Positions 1-11,330 are shown, counted from the first letter of the stretch. The stretch is 64,000 bases of DNA from Perna viridis (GCA_037379345.1 CM074514.1:20832001-20896000); one strand, 5' to 3'. The notes: a model not told the origin generated them from the sequence alone. Numbers and translations are program-made.

Positions 1-1335
1 CATGGAATATCGTTTGCTCATATACTGGAAATGTGACTTATTACTACTTGTTGCATGTGAAACAAGACTATAAACAGTCGGGCTGTAGAAAAAGACATCG
101 CCATAAAAGTTAACAGCACTCATACTTTGATGGGTTGTTTTATACTGGTCACATATAGGCTGAATTAAACGTGTTCTGTTGTTGTAGTAATCGGAGACTA
201 ATGTAGATATGATATTGTTGCATAGGTAATCAAAAGGTATTCCATTTTTTAACTTATTTGTTGCATTTATATTTTTTAGAGCACTGATAAGAAGAGAGCC
301 TTCCGATTCACAGTTACCTATTACAACGTCGAGTGAGGTGTAAAACTCAAAGCCAGGACCTTTACTACTGATTTCAGCTTGTGGTGATTTATTCATAAAG
401 TGATTGTCAACAACAGGCGCAAAACCTATTTCTATGTGTAATTCAGGTCTTTTCAGGACCCAAACTGTCATGCTCAAGAATCCCTCCAATAGTTCCTGAG
501 AAGTTTTGTTACGGAGACAATTCATCGTCCCAAGATTCAAATCCGATGGACAATTAGTGAAATTTGCGAATACTTGAGTGGCATATTTTGCAATTGGTGA
601 AGTCGCTAAAAGGGAATTACCAACGCCACTTTGAGCAATCACGCGTTGAAATAAACCTTTGTTTGTCGGATTTAACGCCTGAAGACCGACACTGAATCCC
701 CCAGCTGATTCACCAAATATTGTAACTAACTTATTATCACCCCCGTAATCACCAATATTATCATGTACCCAACGTAAAGCCAATTGTTGATCCCATAGAC
801 CATAATTGCCCGGCGAAAAATCATCGTTGGTACTTAGAAATCCAAACACGTTGAGGCGGTAATTGATTGTGACAACAACGACGTCTCCAATGCCAGCAAG
901 ATAACCACCATCATAAACTATCCCCTGTCCAGTTGTGTAAGCACCTCCGTGTATCCAAATCATCACAGCCTTTTTAGAAATCGAAGCATTAAGAGGTGCA
1001 TAAATGTTTAACTGCAAACAATCTTCTGATTGATTATGATTCGGAAGTAATGAAGACATTATAGGATTGGGTTTTGGCTGAATGCACGACGGTCCAAACT
1101 GAGTACCGTCTCTTATTCCACTCCAATTTCCGAAAGGAACGGGTTGTTTAAATCTCAATTCCCCAACTGGAGCCTTAGCATAGGGTATATTGCGAAAAAT
1201 CCTGATGTTGTAAGAACTATTCCCGTCGTTGACAGATGTAGATATAGCCTTAATCTTACCTAAAGACGTTGTCCATGTCAACGTACTTTCAGAAGCAGCG
1301 AGTGTCAAGAGAGTGGATAGTACCACAAATAACAT
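1..1335 (-). CDS. Type-B carboxylesterase/cholinesterase-family gene, apparently intact; large coding exon continues beyond the left window edge
   Basis: Manual translation from ATG 1335 gives 445 open codons to base 1 (absent from the ORF track, presumably because there is no stop in the window): signal peptide MLFVVLSTLLTLAAS, FRNIPYAKAPVGELRF, FGPSC..SEDCLQLNIY, oxyanion WIHGGAY, VTINYRLNVFGFL, GNYGLWDQ, nucleophile GESAGG, IAQSG, acid residue GNCESEG. Catalytic His lies outside the window. Confidence 0.93.
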   Translation of the reverse strand, partial: MLFVVLSTLLTLAASESTLTWTTSLGKIKAISTSVNDGNSSYNIRIFRNIPYAKAPVGELRFKQPVPFGNWSGIRDGTQFGPSCIQPKPNPIMSSLLPNHNQSEDCLQLNIYAPLNASISKKAVMIWIHGGAYTTGQGIVYDGGYLAGIGDVVVVTINYRLNVFGFLSTNDDFSPGNYGLWDQQLALRWVHDNIGDYGGDNKLVTIFGESAGGFSVGLQALNPTNKGLFQRVIAQSGVGNSLLATSPIAKYATQVFANFTNCPSDLNLGTMNCLRNKTSQELLEGFLSMTVWVLKRPELHIEIGFAPVVDNHFMNKSPQAEISSKGPGFEFYTSLDVVIGNCESEGSLLISALKNINATNKLKNGIPFDYLCNNIISTLVSDYYNNRTRLIQPICDQYKTTHQSMSAVNFYGDVFFYSPTVYSLVSHATSSNKSHFQYMSKRYSM

Positions 1336-1813
1336 GCTTAAGTCATAAACAATTCTGTAAAAAGAAAAAGCTTCGTTTATATTTGAGATGGATTATTTAG
1401 ATGATTAAAGAAGTAAATACACAATTGGGAAAAAATTGGTACAAGTATTTTTTGTAAGCATGTAAGTATATATGTTTGATAATTACTTCTTAACCATTGA
1501 ATACATTTACTATGTAACATACAAACTTAAATAGGTAGGGATTCCGATCCATAAAATTGTAAAAGGGGAATCCTATGCTATTTTTTCTCATTTTCAATTG
1601 TTTTGCACAAATTGACAGTTTTTTTCTTAATATATGTAGATTCCAACCTTCAGAGAATCCTGGAATAGTCTAACTAATATAAGAAGTAATCTCCCTTAGA
1701 TGATTAAATTCTAGTTTTTCTGTTTATAATCCCAATTGAACAGTTTCGCTCAGAGTTGATTTTGAGTGCAAAGGTAAAATATACATGTTACTTAAAATGA
1801 ATTACTGACATAC

Positions 1814-1890
1814 CGTTTATTTACTGTAGTCGTCAATCTCTGTAGGTAATAGAGTATGTTTGAATAGTGTGTTTGTGTTTGTTTTAGATG
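1814..1890 (-). other. Putative non-coding 5' exon of the minus-strand CCE (intron 1355-1813)
   Basis: Donor G|GTATGT at 1814/1813 and acceptor TTTTACAG| at 1355 just upstream of the ATG; the exon sequence is duplicated in inverted orientation at 2111-2170. Confidence 0.6.
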
Positions 1891-2256
1891 ACTATCAATT
1901 AGATGTGACAAAGTAATATGAGGCAAGCAAAGCTTGTTCGTTGTTTATCGAAAACACACTGTTTGATTGAAAATTAGCATTTTATTTAAATGCTGTTCAA
2001 TGAGATGAAAAACATACGAAATAGGAATTACAAAATATTTACATGATATACAAACAGTAAACATGGCAATTATAAGAATTGTGCATTAAGCACATATAAT
2101 TGATAGTAATTTAAAACAAACACAAACACACTATTCAAACATACACTATTACAAAGAGAGATTGACAACTATTTACCACTTTAATCATCTATATAATCCT
2201 ACTGCTCAAATATAAACGAAGCTGTTCGTTTTTACAGAATTGTTTATGACTTAAGC

Positions 2257-4440
2257 ATGTTATTTGTGGTACTATCCACTCCCTTGACACTCACTGCTTC
2301 TGAAAGTACGTTGACGGGGACAACGTCTTTAGGTAAGGTTAAGGCTATATCTACATTTGCCGACGACCGGAGTAGTTCTTACAACATCAGGATTTTTCGC
2401 AATATACCCTATTCTAAGGCTCCAGTTGGGAAATTGAGATTTAAACAACCCGTTCCTTTCGGAAATTGGAGTGGAATAAGAGACGGTACTCAGTTTGGAC
2501 CGTCGTACATTCAGCCAAAACCCAATCCTATAATGTCTTCATTACTTCCGAATCATAATCAATCAGAAGATTGTTTGCAATTAAACATTTATTCACCTCT
2601 TAATGCTTCGATTTCTAAAAAGGCTGTGATGATTTGGATACACGGAGGTGATTACACAACTGGACAGGGGATAGTTTATGATGGTGGTTATCTTGCTGGC
2701 ATTGGAGACGTCGTTTTTGTCACAATCAATTACCGCGTTTTTGTCACAATCAATTACCGCCTCAACGTGTTTGGATTTCTAAGTATCAACGATGATTTTT
2801 CGCCCGGCAATTATGGTCTATGGGATCAACAATTGGCATTACGTTGTGTACATGATAATATTAGTGATTACGGGGGTGACAATAAGTTAATTACAATATT
2901 TGGTGAATCAGCTAGGGGATTCAGTGTCGGTCTTCAGGCGTTAAATCCGACAAACAAAGGTTTATTTCAACGCGTGATTGCTTAAAGTGGCGTTGGTAAT
3001 TCCCTTTTAGCGACTTCACCAATTGCAAAATTTGCCACTCAAGTATTTACAAATTTCACTAATTGTCCATCGGATTTGAATCTTGGGACGATGAATTGTC
3101 TCCGTGACAAAACTTCTCAGGAACTATTGGAGGGATTCTTGAGCATGGCAGTTTGGGCCTTGAAAAGACCTGAATTACACATAGAAATAGGTTTTGCGCC
3201 TGTTGTTGACAATCACTTTATGAATAAATCACCTCAAGCTGAAATCAGTAGTAAAGGTCCTGGATTTGAGTTTTACACCTCACTCGACGTAGTAATAGGT
3301 AACTGTGAATCGGAAGGCTCTCTTATTATCAGTGCTCTAAAAATATGAATGCAACAAATAAATTAAAAATGGAATACCTTTTGATTACCTATGCAACAAT
3401 ATCATATCTACATTAGTCTCCGATTACTACAACAACAAAACACATTTAATTCAGCCTATATGTGGCCAGTATAAAACAACCCATCAAAGTATGAGTGCTG
3501 TTAACTTTTATGGCGATGTTTTTTTCCACAGCCCAACTGTTAATAGTCTTGCTTTACATGCAACAAGTAGTAATAAGTCACATTTCCAGTATATGAGCAA
3601 ACGATATTCCATGTTTTCTGTATCCAAACTAAGAGCTAAGTGGTTCATTGGTGCGGGACATGCCTCCGAGTTGCCGTTCCAATTCCCTCTATATGGTTTC
3701 TTCAACATGACCACTGATGATCGTACCAATAGTTTAGTTCTTCTGAAGTACTGGTCTAATTTTGCCAAAACGGGGTATGCATGACAATTTTAAAGCAGCT
3801 AACGTATTAAAATTCCAATTCTTGAATAACATAGCTCGATTAAAGTTGTGATATAAAACTTGCCAACATAAAATTTGAAATAGAAGATTTGACAGAAAAA
3901 ACCGATGTGTGCGAGCATCTAAACTACAAATGTACAATGAGAAAAAAATATAAAAGCAAATTGAAGGCATTCATTCGAAACTCTGTATTAATGATGTATC
4001 ACTTCATATATTTTGTGTGCTTGGATAATCAAGTACTCAAGAATGCTTTAACTATGTACAACTATTGAAAAATAATGAAATATGTGTATTTTTCTTTCAA
4101 TATAAGTTTATTTACTCCATGTTATATTTTTATTTTTTATATTACTTTCAACAGAAACGTTAACGGCGATGGGTTGCCTAACTGGTCCTTAATTGATTTA
4201 TCAAGCCAATCGTTTGTTGTTATTGATGTTAATGTAACAATACAACAACAGCTTTACAAAGAAAGAGGAAATTTCTGGCTTCAAACATTCCCAGGACTTT
4301 TGCATCAGACAACAGCTCTACCTGTTTCATCTGAACTAACCAGTCACACGGAAACATTGACCTCTGAACTTCCAACTATTGTTTCAACGAAGATTTTGGC
4401 GTTTGTTTTTATCATGTTATTTAATATTTTGGAACATTAG
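2257..4440 (+). pseudogene. Carboxylesterase pseudogene, inverted near-identical copy of the minus-strand gene (exons 2257-3774 and 4155-4440)
   Basis: Colinear with the reverse complement of 1-1335. Lesions: CAA->TAA at 2983-2985, two 1-bp deletions in A-runs near 3340 and 3367, 24-bp tandem duplication (VFVTINYR x2), GESAG->GESAR, HGGA->HGGD. His motif GAGHASEL present; phase-2 intron GG|GTATGC...CAG|A joins NFAKTG to NVNGDGLPNW; hydrophobic C-terminus; AATAAA at 4466-4471. Confidence 0.92.
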
Positions 4441-4835
4441 GAATAGTGTGAAAAGTTTTTTTTACAATAAAACAGACTTTTAAATGAAAACAACCTCTCA
4501 GTAAGATAAGGATCTGGGCCATTTTCCCCAGGATTCTGACCACAAGTATGGCTTTCCAACGTTCAAATTTCTGCAATTTTTATTAGTATCTGTCGAAAAA
4601 AAGCTCAGTGTTCGTTGAAACGGAAGCTAAATCAACTCAGATGTAGGAAAACAACAAAAATAAGCAGCAAAATAGATAAAAATGTATTTTTGACATTTTT
4701 GCTCTTATTTGGACACTTTGACTAGAGAATTTCCAAAAAGCACAGTTGCATCCATTACAATGTACCCTCTGTTTACTAGATGCTCCTAGGTGAAAATGTT
4801 GTTTTTTTTAGTTCTTTCATTTGTGGCAACATCAC

Positions 4836-5110
4836 TTAAAAGTAATGAGCAATCCAGAAACAAAGATCAGACATTGAAAACAGACAAACACAACGAGGAA
4901 CATAAAGTAACCAAAATAATACATACAAAATAAAAACCTGTAGGGTAAGCGCTCTCTGCTTTTCATGGAAACACACGCAGAGTTGCTCATAAAAAGTCAA
5001 ATTCAGGGTAAACGAAAAAGGAAAGGAAAACTGTGACGCATTGAACAAATCAGTTTTCATGGTGCGGATGGATACACCGTAACTACATGACGCTGATGGT
5101 TCCAAACTGT
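4836..5110 (-). mobile_element. Penelope-like element 3' fragment
   Basis: Reverse complement matches the RT C-terminus ([14 protein letters not shown]) and 3' tail of the copies at 28920-29583 and 41185-41757, with an internal deletion. Confidence 0.75.
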
Positions 5111-5253
5111 TAAACCGACAATTAAGACGATATCAATTGTAGATAATTTTATCTTATATTCAAAAGACAGACTTAAATGAGCTGCAATATAAAAGAAAGA
5201 AAAATAGAAAACATTGTATTTTAACGTTTTTTGTATTTCAAATGTATTTCCCG

Positions 5254-5420
5254 GAATGTAAATGGACTAGTAGTACCACGTTGGCCACAGTATGATGTCT
5301 ATAACCAGTCCTAAGCAGTATCAACTACAGATATCAGCGTGTACTCAATGCTTTTTCAAAAACAGCGTAGACTTCTGGATGGACGAAGTCGATCCTTTAT
5401 GGAGCCATCGATCATTATAA
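5254..5420 (+). pseudogene. Relic second CCE terminal exon
   Basis: Translates NVNGLVVPRWPQYDVYNQS*AVSTTDISVYSML/FKNSVDFWMDEVDPLWSHRSL*, homologous to terminal exons at 4155 and 14670 (NVNG..LP.WP.Y...LYK...FW); same phase; acceptor reads TTTCCCG|G rather than CAG|G; internal TAA at 5312 and a 1-bp frameshift. Confidence 0.75.
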
Positions 5421-6740
5421 ATGCAAAATAGGTGTTGTATTTTTTCAACAGAATTGAACACAACATTTGTTCTTACATTATTATGTTATTACTTCACGTT
5501 TTATTTAATTCGGTGTGTTAAGATTGTTGTTGTCAATGTCTTTATTAAAGGCTATGTTTGGAGTCAAGTTAATTGTTAAAAAGCGATATTCCCCTTTGAA
5601 ACTTGAAAATGAGGCGAACAATATAAGCACATCTAAAGGCCTAAAATAATAAACACCATTGATTTTGACAAGCAAACTTACTTTCGTGTTTAGTTATCTA
5701 TAAAACGTTAAAGACATGGAAATATTCCAGACAATGAAAACTTTTTTTAACCAGACGTTTAATCTCACAAGATAAGCGTTGGTTAATTTAATATTTTCGT
5801 TTCGCAAACTAAAATCCGTAATTTTATTAACCGGATGTACCAATGCAAAATGCTGGAGACCAAATGTGAAGTTTATTTAAACTGCTTTTGCAGAGGATTT
5901 CCAGGATTGTTGGATTTTCTCATTAGGTAGGTCATTTGTTTTTCTTCAGTTTAGTCACCTTCTCTCGTGTTAGGTAAAGAAATTGTATAAAATGTTTTAT
6001 ATTGTCAATATTTTACTGAATTCTGCCAATTTCAAAGACCGTCGTAACGAGTGGTTTGCAATATGTCACGCGGAAGTAAGAGGCTGGGGTATGGTGGAAC
6101 GGAATTCCAACCGCTTGCATTGTGAGAGTACTATAAATATGTACATAAAGAAAACAGAAAGCTTGAAGTCTCATAAAGAATTATAAAATGGTAACTTTTC
6201 AAAAAGGTTAAGGAGTTATAAAACTTACTAGGTTATTGGTTGATGGGACAAATTATTATTTTTGACACAGTTATTAGCTGGACAAAGTCCATTTTTTCAC
6301 TCTTAAAAATTAAGCAGCTATAAAAATGGTCCGGTTTATTGGTTAACCATACTTTCTCATTCATGACAGCTAGTTTATGTTTCATTATTCAATTTGAAAA
6401 AAATAGCCAAAACAATCTTTATATGCAAAAGATTGCCTCCTTTCGAACATTTTACCACCTAATGAAAGATAAAGACTATTCCTAAATGTACACATTTGAA
6501 ACATTTAATCAACACTTCAATTTCCTAGTCTACAAAGTGCAATGTTCTGGAGACTAAAATCTTTGTTCTAGAAATTGAATCCTTGCTTGGAGTTAATTCC
6601 CTTTTACATCAGTATCACTTTGAAGCTTGGATGTCAGATGTCATTCTAACATTCTAGTGACTGAAAACCTTCCTATTTGCATTACCTACCTTGCCCCAGG
6701 TCAACTACCTTAAATGGCCGCCTTTTTTGGCGTTTTATAA

Positions 6741-6741
6741 A

Positions 6742-6790
<49 letters not shown>
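6741..6790. repeat. (AAT)n microsatellite
   Basis: Direct inspection. Confidence 0.95.
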
Positions 6791-6792
<2 letters not shown>

Positions 6793-6909
6793 CGGAGTAA
6801 AAACAATGGGTCACCGACACAGGTCTTTTAGAGCTTACCCAAATATGTGTATTTACACTTTTTGAAGACCATTTGGTGATCTGTGAAAGCATTTACTATT
6901 TCTGATTTA

Positions 6910-8522
6910 GGTTATTAGTTCATCCCTAGTTATTGTTACTTAAGTTTCATCATAGAACAAACCCTGTCCTACAACAAAACTTTCATCATATATCCAGGTT
7001 ATTAGAATCTGCCGGTTCGAAATTGAGGCTGTTTCTGGAATATTGAAATTCAAATGTAAGCAGTCCCCAGTTTAGTTTTAAATGTGCAAGGCAATATCAT
7101 TTGGTCCGCATTTGTAAACAAGCAAATTTTTAGCATCAAAATTGTCACCTTAATTGTGTATTAAGTGAATATTGTTTGGCTTCCGGTCTCTGGATAAAAC
7201 TTAGTTGGGGTCAAATATCATAAAAATAAAATACTATTCAAATCAAAATATGACGGATATCTCATTTTCCTAGTTTTGTATATTTTTTTTACAAAATACT
7301 TCTTCAAATTGTTACATACACTTAATAAGTGTTTACTTATTTTTTTCCTATTTTTTTTTAAATATATGGCGGGAACAGGTATAGAGCATATATAAAAAAA
7401 GTTCACATACAAATATTAACACATGCAATTGAATACAGACTGTATAAAATATTTGTCTTTGCTTATTTTTAGTTTAAGTGTTGTAGATAAGTGTTATAAA
7501 TAAACCTTACAAGGACAGTTTAATCGTGAAGAGTTGCTTTGTTTCTAGATTTCTAAAGAAGTTAAATAAGTTTTCAAACTGTCATCCCACATTTTAACCA
7601 GTAAAGGAAGATCATCTTACAACATTGGTGTACATGTACTTTCGTAAATACTCATTTGTTACTTGCCTCTCTTTCTTATACTATTTAATCCATCATTTGT
7701 AAAATGTACTATACAATACTTCGAATACAAAAATACCAATCATCATATTTCGAGTATTAACATTTTTCGAAGTCTTAACACTTTAATATTGGAATACATA
7801 ATATCACAATAACTACGAAATAATGACACTCATATGGTACTGTAAAATCTAAGGGCGCCCCCTTAGAAAATTGCAATTTTTGAAAATCGTGATCCTCATC
7901 GGTAACCTGGTGAAGACATTTTTTGGGGTACTCTTACCTAAAACTCTGGATCCACCACTGAATCTTTGCAGAAAATAAGGGCTTTTTCAACAAGAGTTAC
8001 TCAACAGAGGGGCACAGCAAATTTCAAATAAACATTATCAGGGCTAAGCTTCTTAAAAATATTTTTTCGCAAGACGAAAGCCGGCATATAAAATACTGAA
8101 GGTAGCTATTGAAGTGAAGACTCGATCGTGATACAAACTTACTTCACATGACATTTGAATCATACTGGGCGACACTGTTAGAAGAAAACTCACATAATAT
8201 TTTGAATAATTCTACCTCATCTGGAAAGATATTTTATAAAAGTTGGACGTTATAATTAGTAAATGTGCATCCAAAAGTTCTGCTTTGTTAAGGCTACTTA
8301 ATTCAATGCAGAATATTTTACTATTTAATATATCATATGGTATTACTTCTGACTCCTTCCGACAGCATATAATAACTCCATTTGTTCAATAGAGTTTTGG
8401 TAACGATATTTTCATAAGAGATAAGACTTTCCGGTCGTACAAAAGTAATGGATCACTCACAACACAGGGGAAAGAATTTATATCCTTTTCAGGGACTTCT
8501 TTTTTGTATTTCCTGATGTCCG
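6910..8522 (+). pseudogene. Highly degenerate carboxylesterase relic interrupted by unrelated sequence (~7185-7960)
   Basis: 8170-8522 aligns at nucleotide level with 13740-14092 (e.g. atatcatatgg, aatggatcactca.aacacaggg.aaagaa); 7973-8025 reads NKGFF..RVTQQRGTAN (cf. NKGLFQRVIAQSG); 7100-7180 retains FGP and SEYCL (cf. SEDCL). Many stops and frameshifts; the 5' part is weaker evidence. Confidence 0.7.
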
Positions 8523-9741
8523 ATATTTCATCATGCATTCCGTAATCCCCCACTGTCTTGCCAGTCTCTCGGCAGGAGCTTAAGACCTGCCGCTTTCGGA
8601 ATTTTCGGTTTCACCATGGACAATGATGAGGAGAAAAGGGGAAGTCATAAAGCTCAGAAGTTATATGCTTTAATTTTGGATCGAAGTAACTATTTTTTTG
8701 TCTAAAGAAAAAATGTTGTATGAAAATAAACTGGAAAAAATTCTAGTATAGTTTTATAACAAAGTTGACAGCTTCATATCACATCTCATATTTTTATATT
8801 AACATGTCTTGATAATGACGCTACGTCAAATCTCCCTATTTCGCAAAATTTTAAGAAGGAGGAGGGTCTTCTTATCCTGCGTTTCCGAAGATTAACACCT
8901 ATGCAGGTTACAGACCACCAATTCAACCAATGAGCATTTGGAACGTACGCAAAAATAGTCCTACGCAGAAATTACCCCTGTTCCTCATAGTGCTGTGAAA
9001 AAAGTTCTCATCTTATTTAAAACATTTAAACAGTTTCTGAAAGGAAAAACATTTCTGTACATTTTATAGGTGCATTTTGCTTCTTGTGATGTGAAGCCTA
9101 ATCTCCATAATGATTTTTAAATATACCCCTATCTTGTGAAAACACTGGGATTTCCCATGCTATTTATAGACCCTTCACTTCCGGTGACCAGTACTGCACT
9201 GCAAGTCTGCTAACCCCACATGCCATTCTGAGGATTGTGAGCTGACATATGTAGAATCATGCTGATATATAGTTCTCTGCAGGTTAAAGTTAAGGTCCAG
9301 AAAAGCCATTGAATATTGTGAAATTGGCATAGAAGCCTATGGGAAGTGGAATTAGTGGTTTTTAGCCTGCATTTGGTATCTTCGCTCAAATACACAATAA
9401 ACAGCTTATCATATCTTAATTTCACGTTCAAAAACTATTTTCATTTAAATTTCACATGGATATTCTTACCAACAAAGACTCAAATGGTTCGCGGCCAGGC
9501 CACAATGCTTATATAACCTGACAACCCACAAAGCATTGTTTAATCCCCTCAAAAGCTACCAACCAGGACGCGCCTGCCTTTTTTTTTCATGATTTTAACT
9601 TTTGGTTCTTTGTTTGTACGTAATATTTTGGTTATTTTATCTTTTTAATATGATTATACACAGGTACATAAAAAGAGTTGCCCCTATATACTCAAGTAAC
9701 ATACAAAATAAACTAAAGGTGAAAACGAAACAAGACATACA

Positions 9742-9832
9742 GAGGCCAGAAACTCCCGACTTGGGACAGGCGCAAAAAAGCGGGGTTAAAATACTTTGGT
9801 GTGATCACAACCCTCCCCATATAAAATCTTGC
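9742..9832 (-). ncRNA. Candidate twister ribozyme, circularly permuted (type-P5-like), inside a repeat
   Basis: Minus strand reads GGGGAGGG-TTGTGATCACA-ccaaagtatt-TTAACCCCGC-ttttttgc-GCCTGTCCCAAGTCGGG, matching the twister core UAAC..GC...GCC.GUCCCAAG..GG plus GGAGGG; P2, P4, T1 and T2 can all pair. Confidence 0.6.
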
Positions 9833-10309
9833 CACTGTGGAAAAATATTACACAATTAAACACACCTAAAATTTGCATGAAAATATTCGAAAAGAAGCTG
9901 AACTGCTGACAACATTTAGCACGACAGGACCGCTTGTTACCAATACTTGATTAGACCAGTCATGAAAAATGCAAATACAGATATTTACACATGACCATTG
10001 AGAATTTACATGTACATCCACGCACCTCATGAAGCATGCGCACGGGCAAAGTAATTCATCAGGGACAGTTTTAATATAAATGCTGGTCATTGTTCGCAAT
10101 CTCTTCGGCGCATGTTCAGAAAGGTGTGTTCTGAATATATTGAAAAATTGGAAACTTTACACTATATTAAAGAAAATCAGGCAACAGGATTTTATACACA
10201 CAAAATTGCGTAAAACTTGAACATACATTTTGTATATAAACTTTGCAATATCAAATACATATATGGACATGTTTAATATGTATACATTGTACATATATTG
10301 CACATGATT

Positions 10310-10658
10310 TTTTTCCAGATAGAGAAAGCAGTCTTGAAAAATACTTTGTTAGATAGGACTATTCTTCATCATTTCATTAGATAAATACCCAGTCTGGATT
10401 TTTTTATATTTATGATCAAATTTTGTATTCTGCCTTCTTATTTTTGTAAAATATAGGTCCTGCCCTTTTTAACGCCGCTTTAAATATTTTGGTATAAACA
10501 AAAATAAATATTAGGAAAATAATAGATTCTCTCGTTTTTATTTTTCTTAAGAGCTGTCCTTTCTTTTTATTTCTTAATTCACTCCTGCCTTATTATTTAA
10601 AAATTGAACCTACCCCCTCCCAACAAACACACATTAAAATCAAATGGTAGTTCCCTAA
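10310..10658. mobile_element. Probable non-autonomous DNA transposon remnant
   Basis: Internal recurring cctgcc(t)n motif (also seen at ~20560-20760) and a TIR-like end aaatcaaatggtagttcccta; the matching opposite end was not found. Confidence 0.35.
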
Positions 10659-11127
10659 TGCTTATATGAACTTAATTAAAATATTACAGTCATGGCAAAT
10701 GTAATTCATAGGTAAGACCACTGAGGAGATTTATAGGGATGCTGAAACAAACAAATATTGAAAAGTATTGGATTCACGTGATAAAAATCCCAAGTTACAG
10801 TGACGCGGTTGAAACTTAGTGCACCCACGTACATGCATGTATGTTCATAGCATTGGTTATATATCAAAATCTCCCCCCGAGCCGTGCTACTGTGTAATAA
10901 GGGTCCATAGTTAAATTACCCGGGTGACCAGGTGTTTAATCATGTGATAGTAAGTTAGGTCAGGATAATTTTTGAAGCGATTTTAAGAGTGATTAAAAAA
11001 AAACAAAAACAAAAAAACAAAAAACACCAAAGTTTCAGAAATTAAGGTACAAAACTGAAGAGAAACATGGAAAAGTGGACGGGTGGATGCGTTGTTCTTA
11101 TGTGACGCTGATTTTACCTCCATAATA

Positions 11128-11330
11128 TTAGATCAGAAATCTGTTTGACCTTTTAATAAATATGAAGACACTATCAAAAATAAGTATATTTTCTTCGTAC
11201 GTTATATCAGTACTGCCCCTGGTAACCAGTGAAACGTCCATTCTTAAAGGAATTAAGCGTAAACTCTCGAATAGTGTAATACGGTTTTCTGTATATTTTT
11301 CGCATTGGAAAAAAATGGTAGACACTTTAA
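11128..11330 (-). mobile_element. 3' end fragment of a CR1/L2-group LINE ORF2
   Basis: FFQCEKYTENRITLF...RGSTDITYEENILIFDSVFIFIKRSNRF fits the typical C-terminal pattern FF.C..Y...R..L...G...N..IF..V..FI..S.RF. Confidence 0.65.

Noticed and set aside
6677-6892. Poly-Ile and poly-Tyr ORFs
   Set aside because: Translations of the (AAT)n microsatellite.
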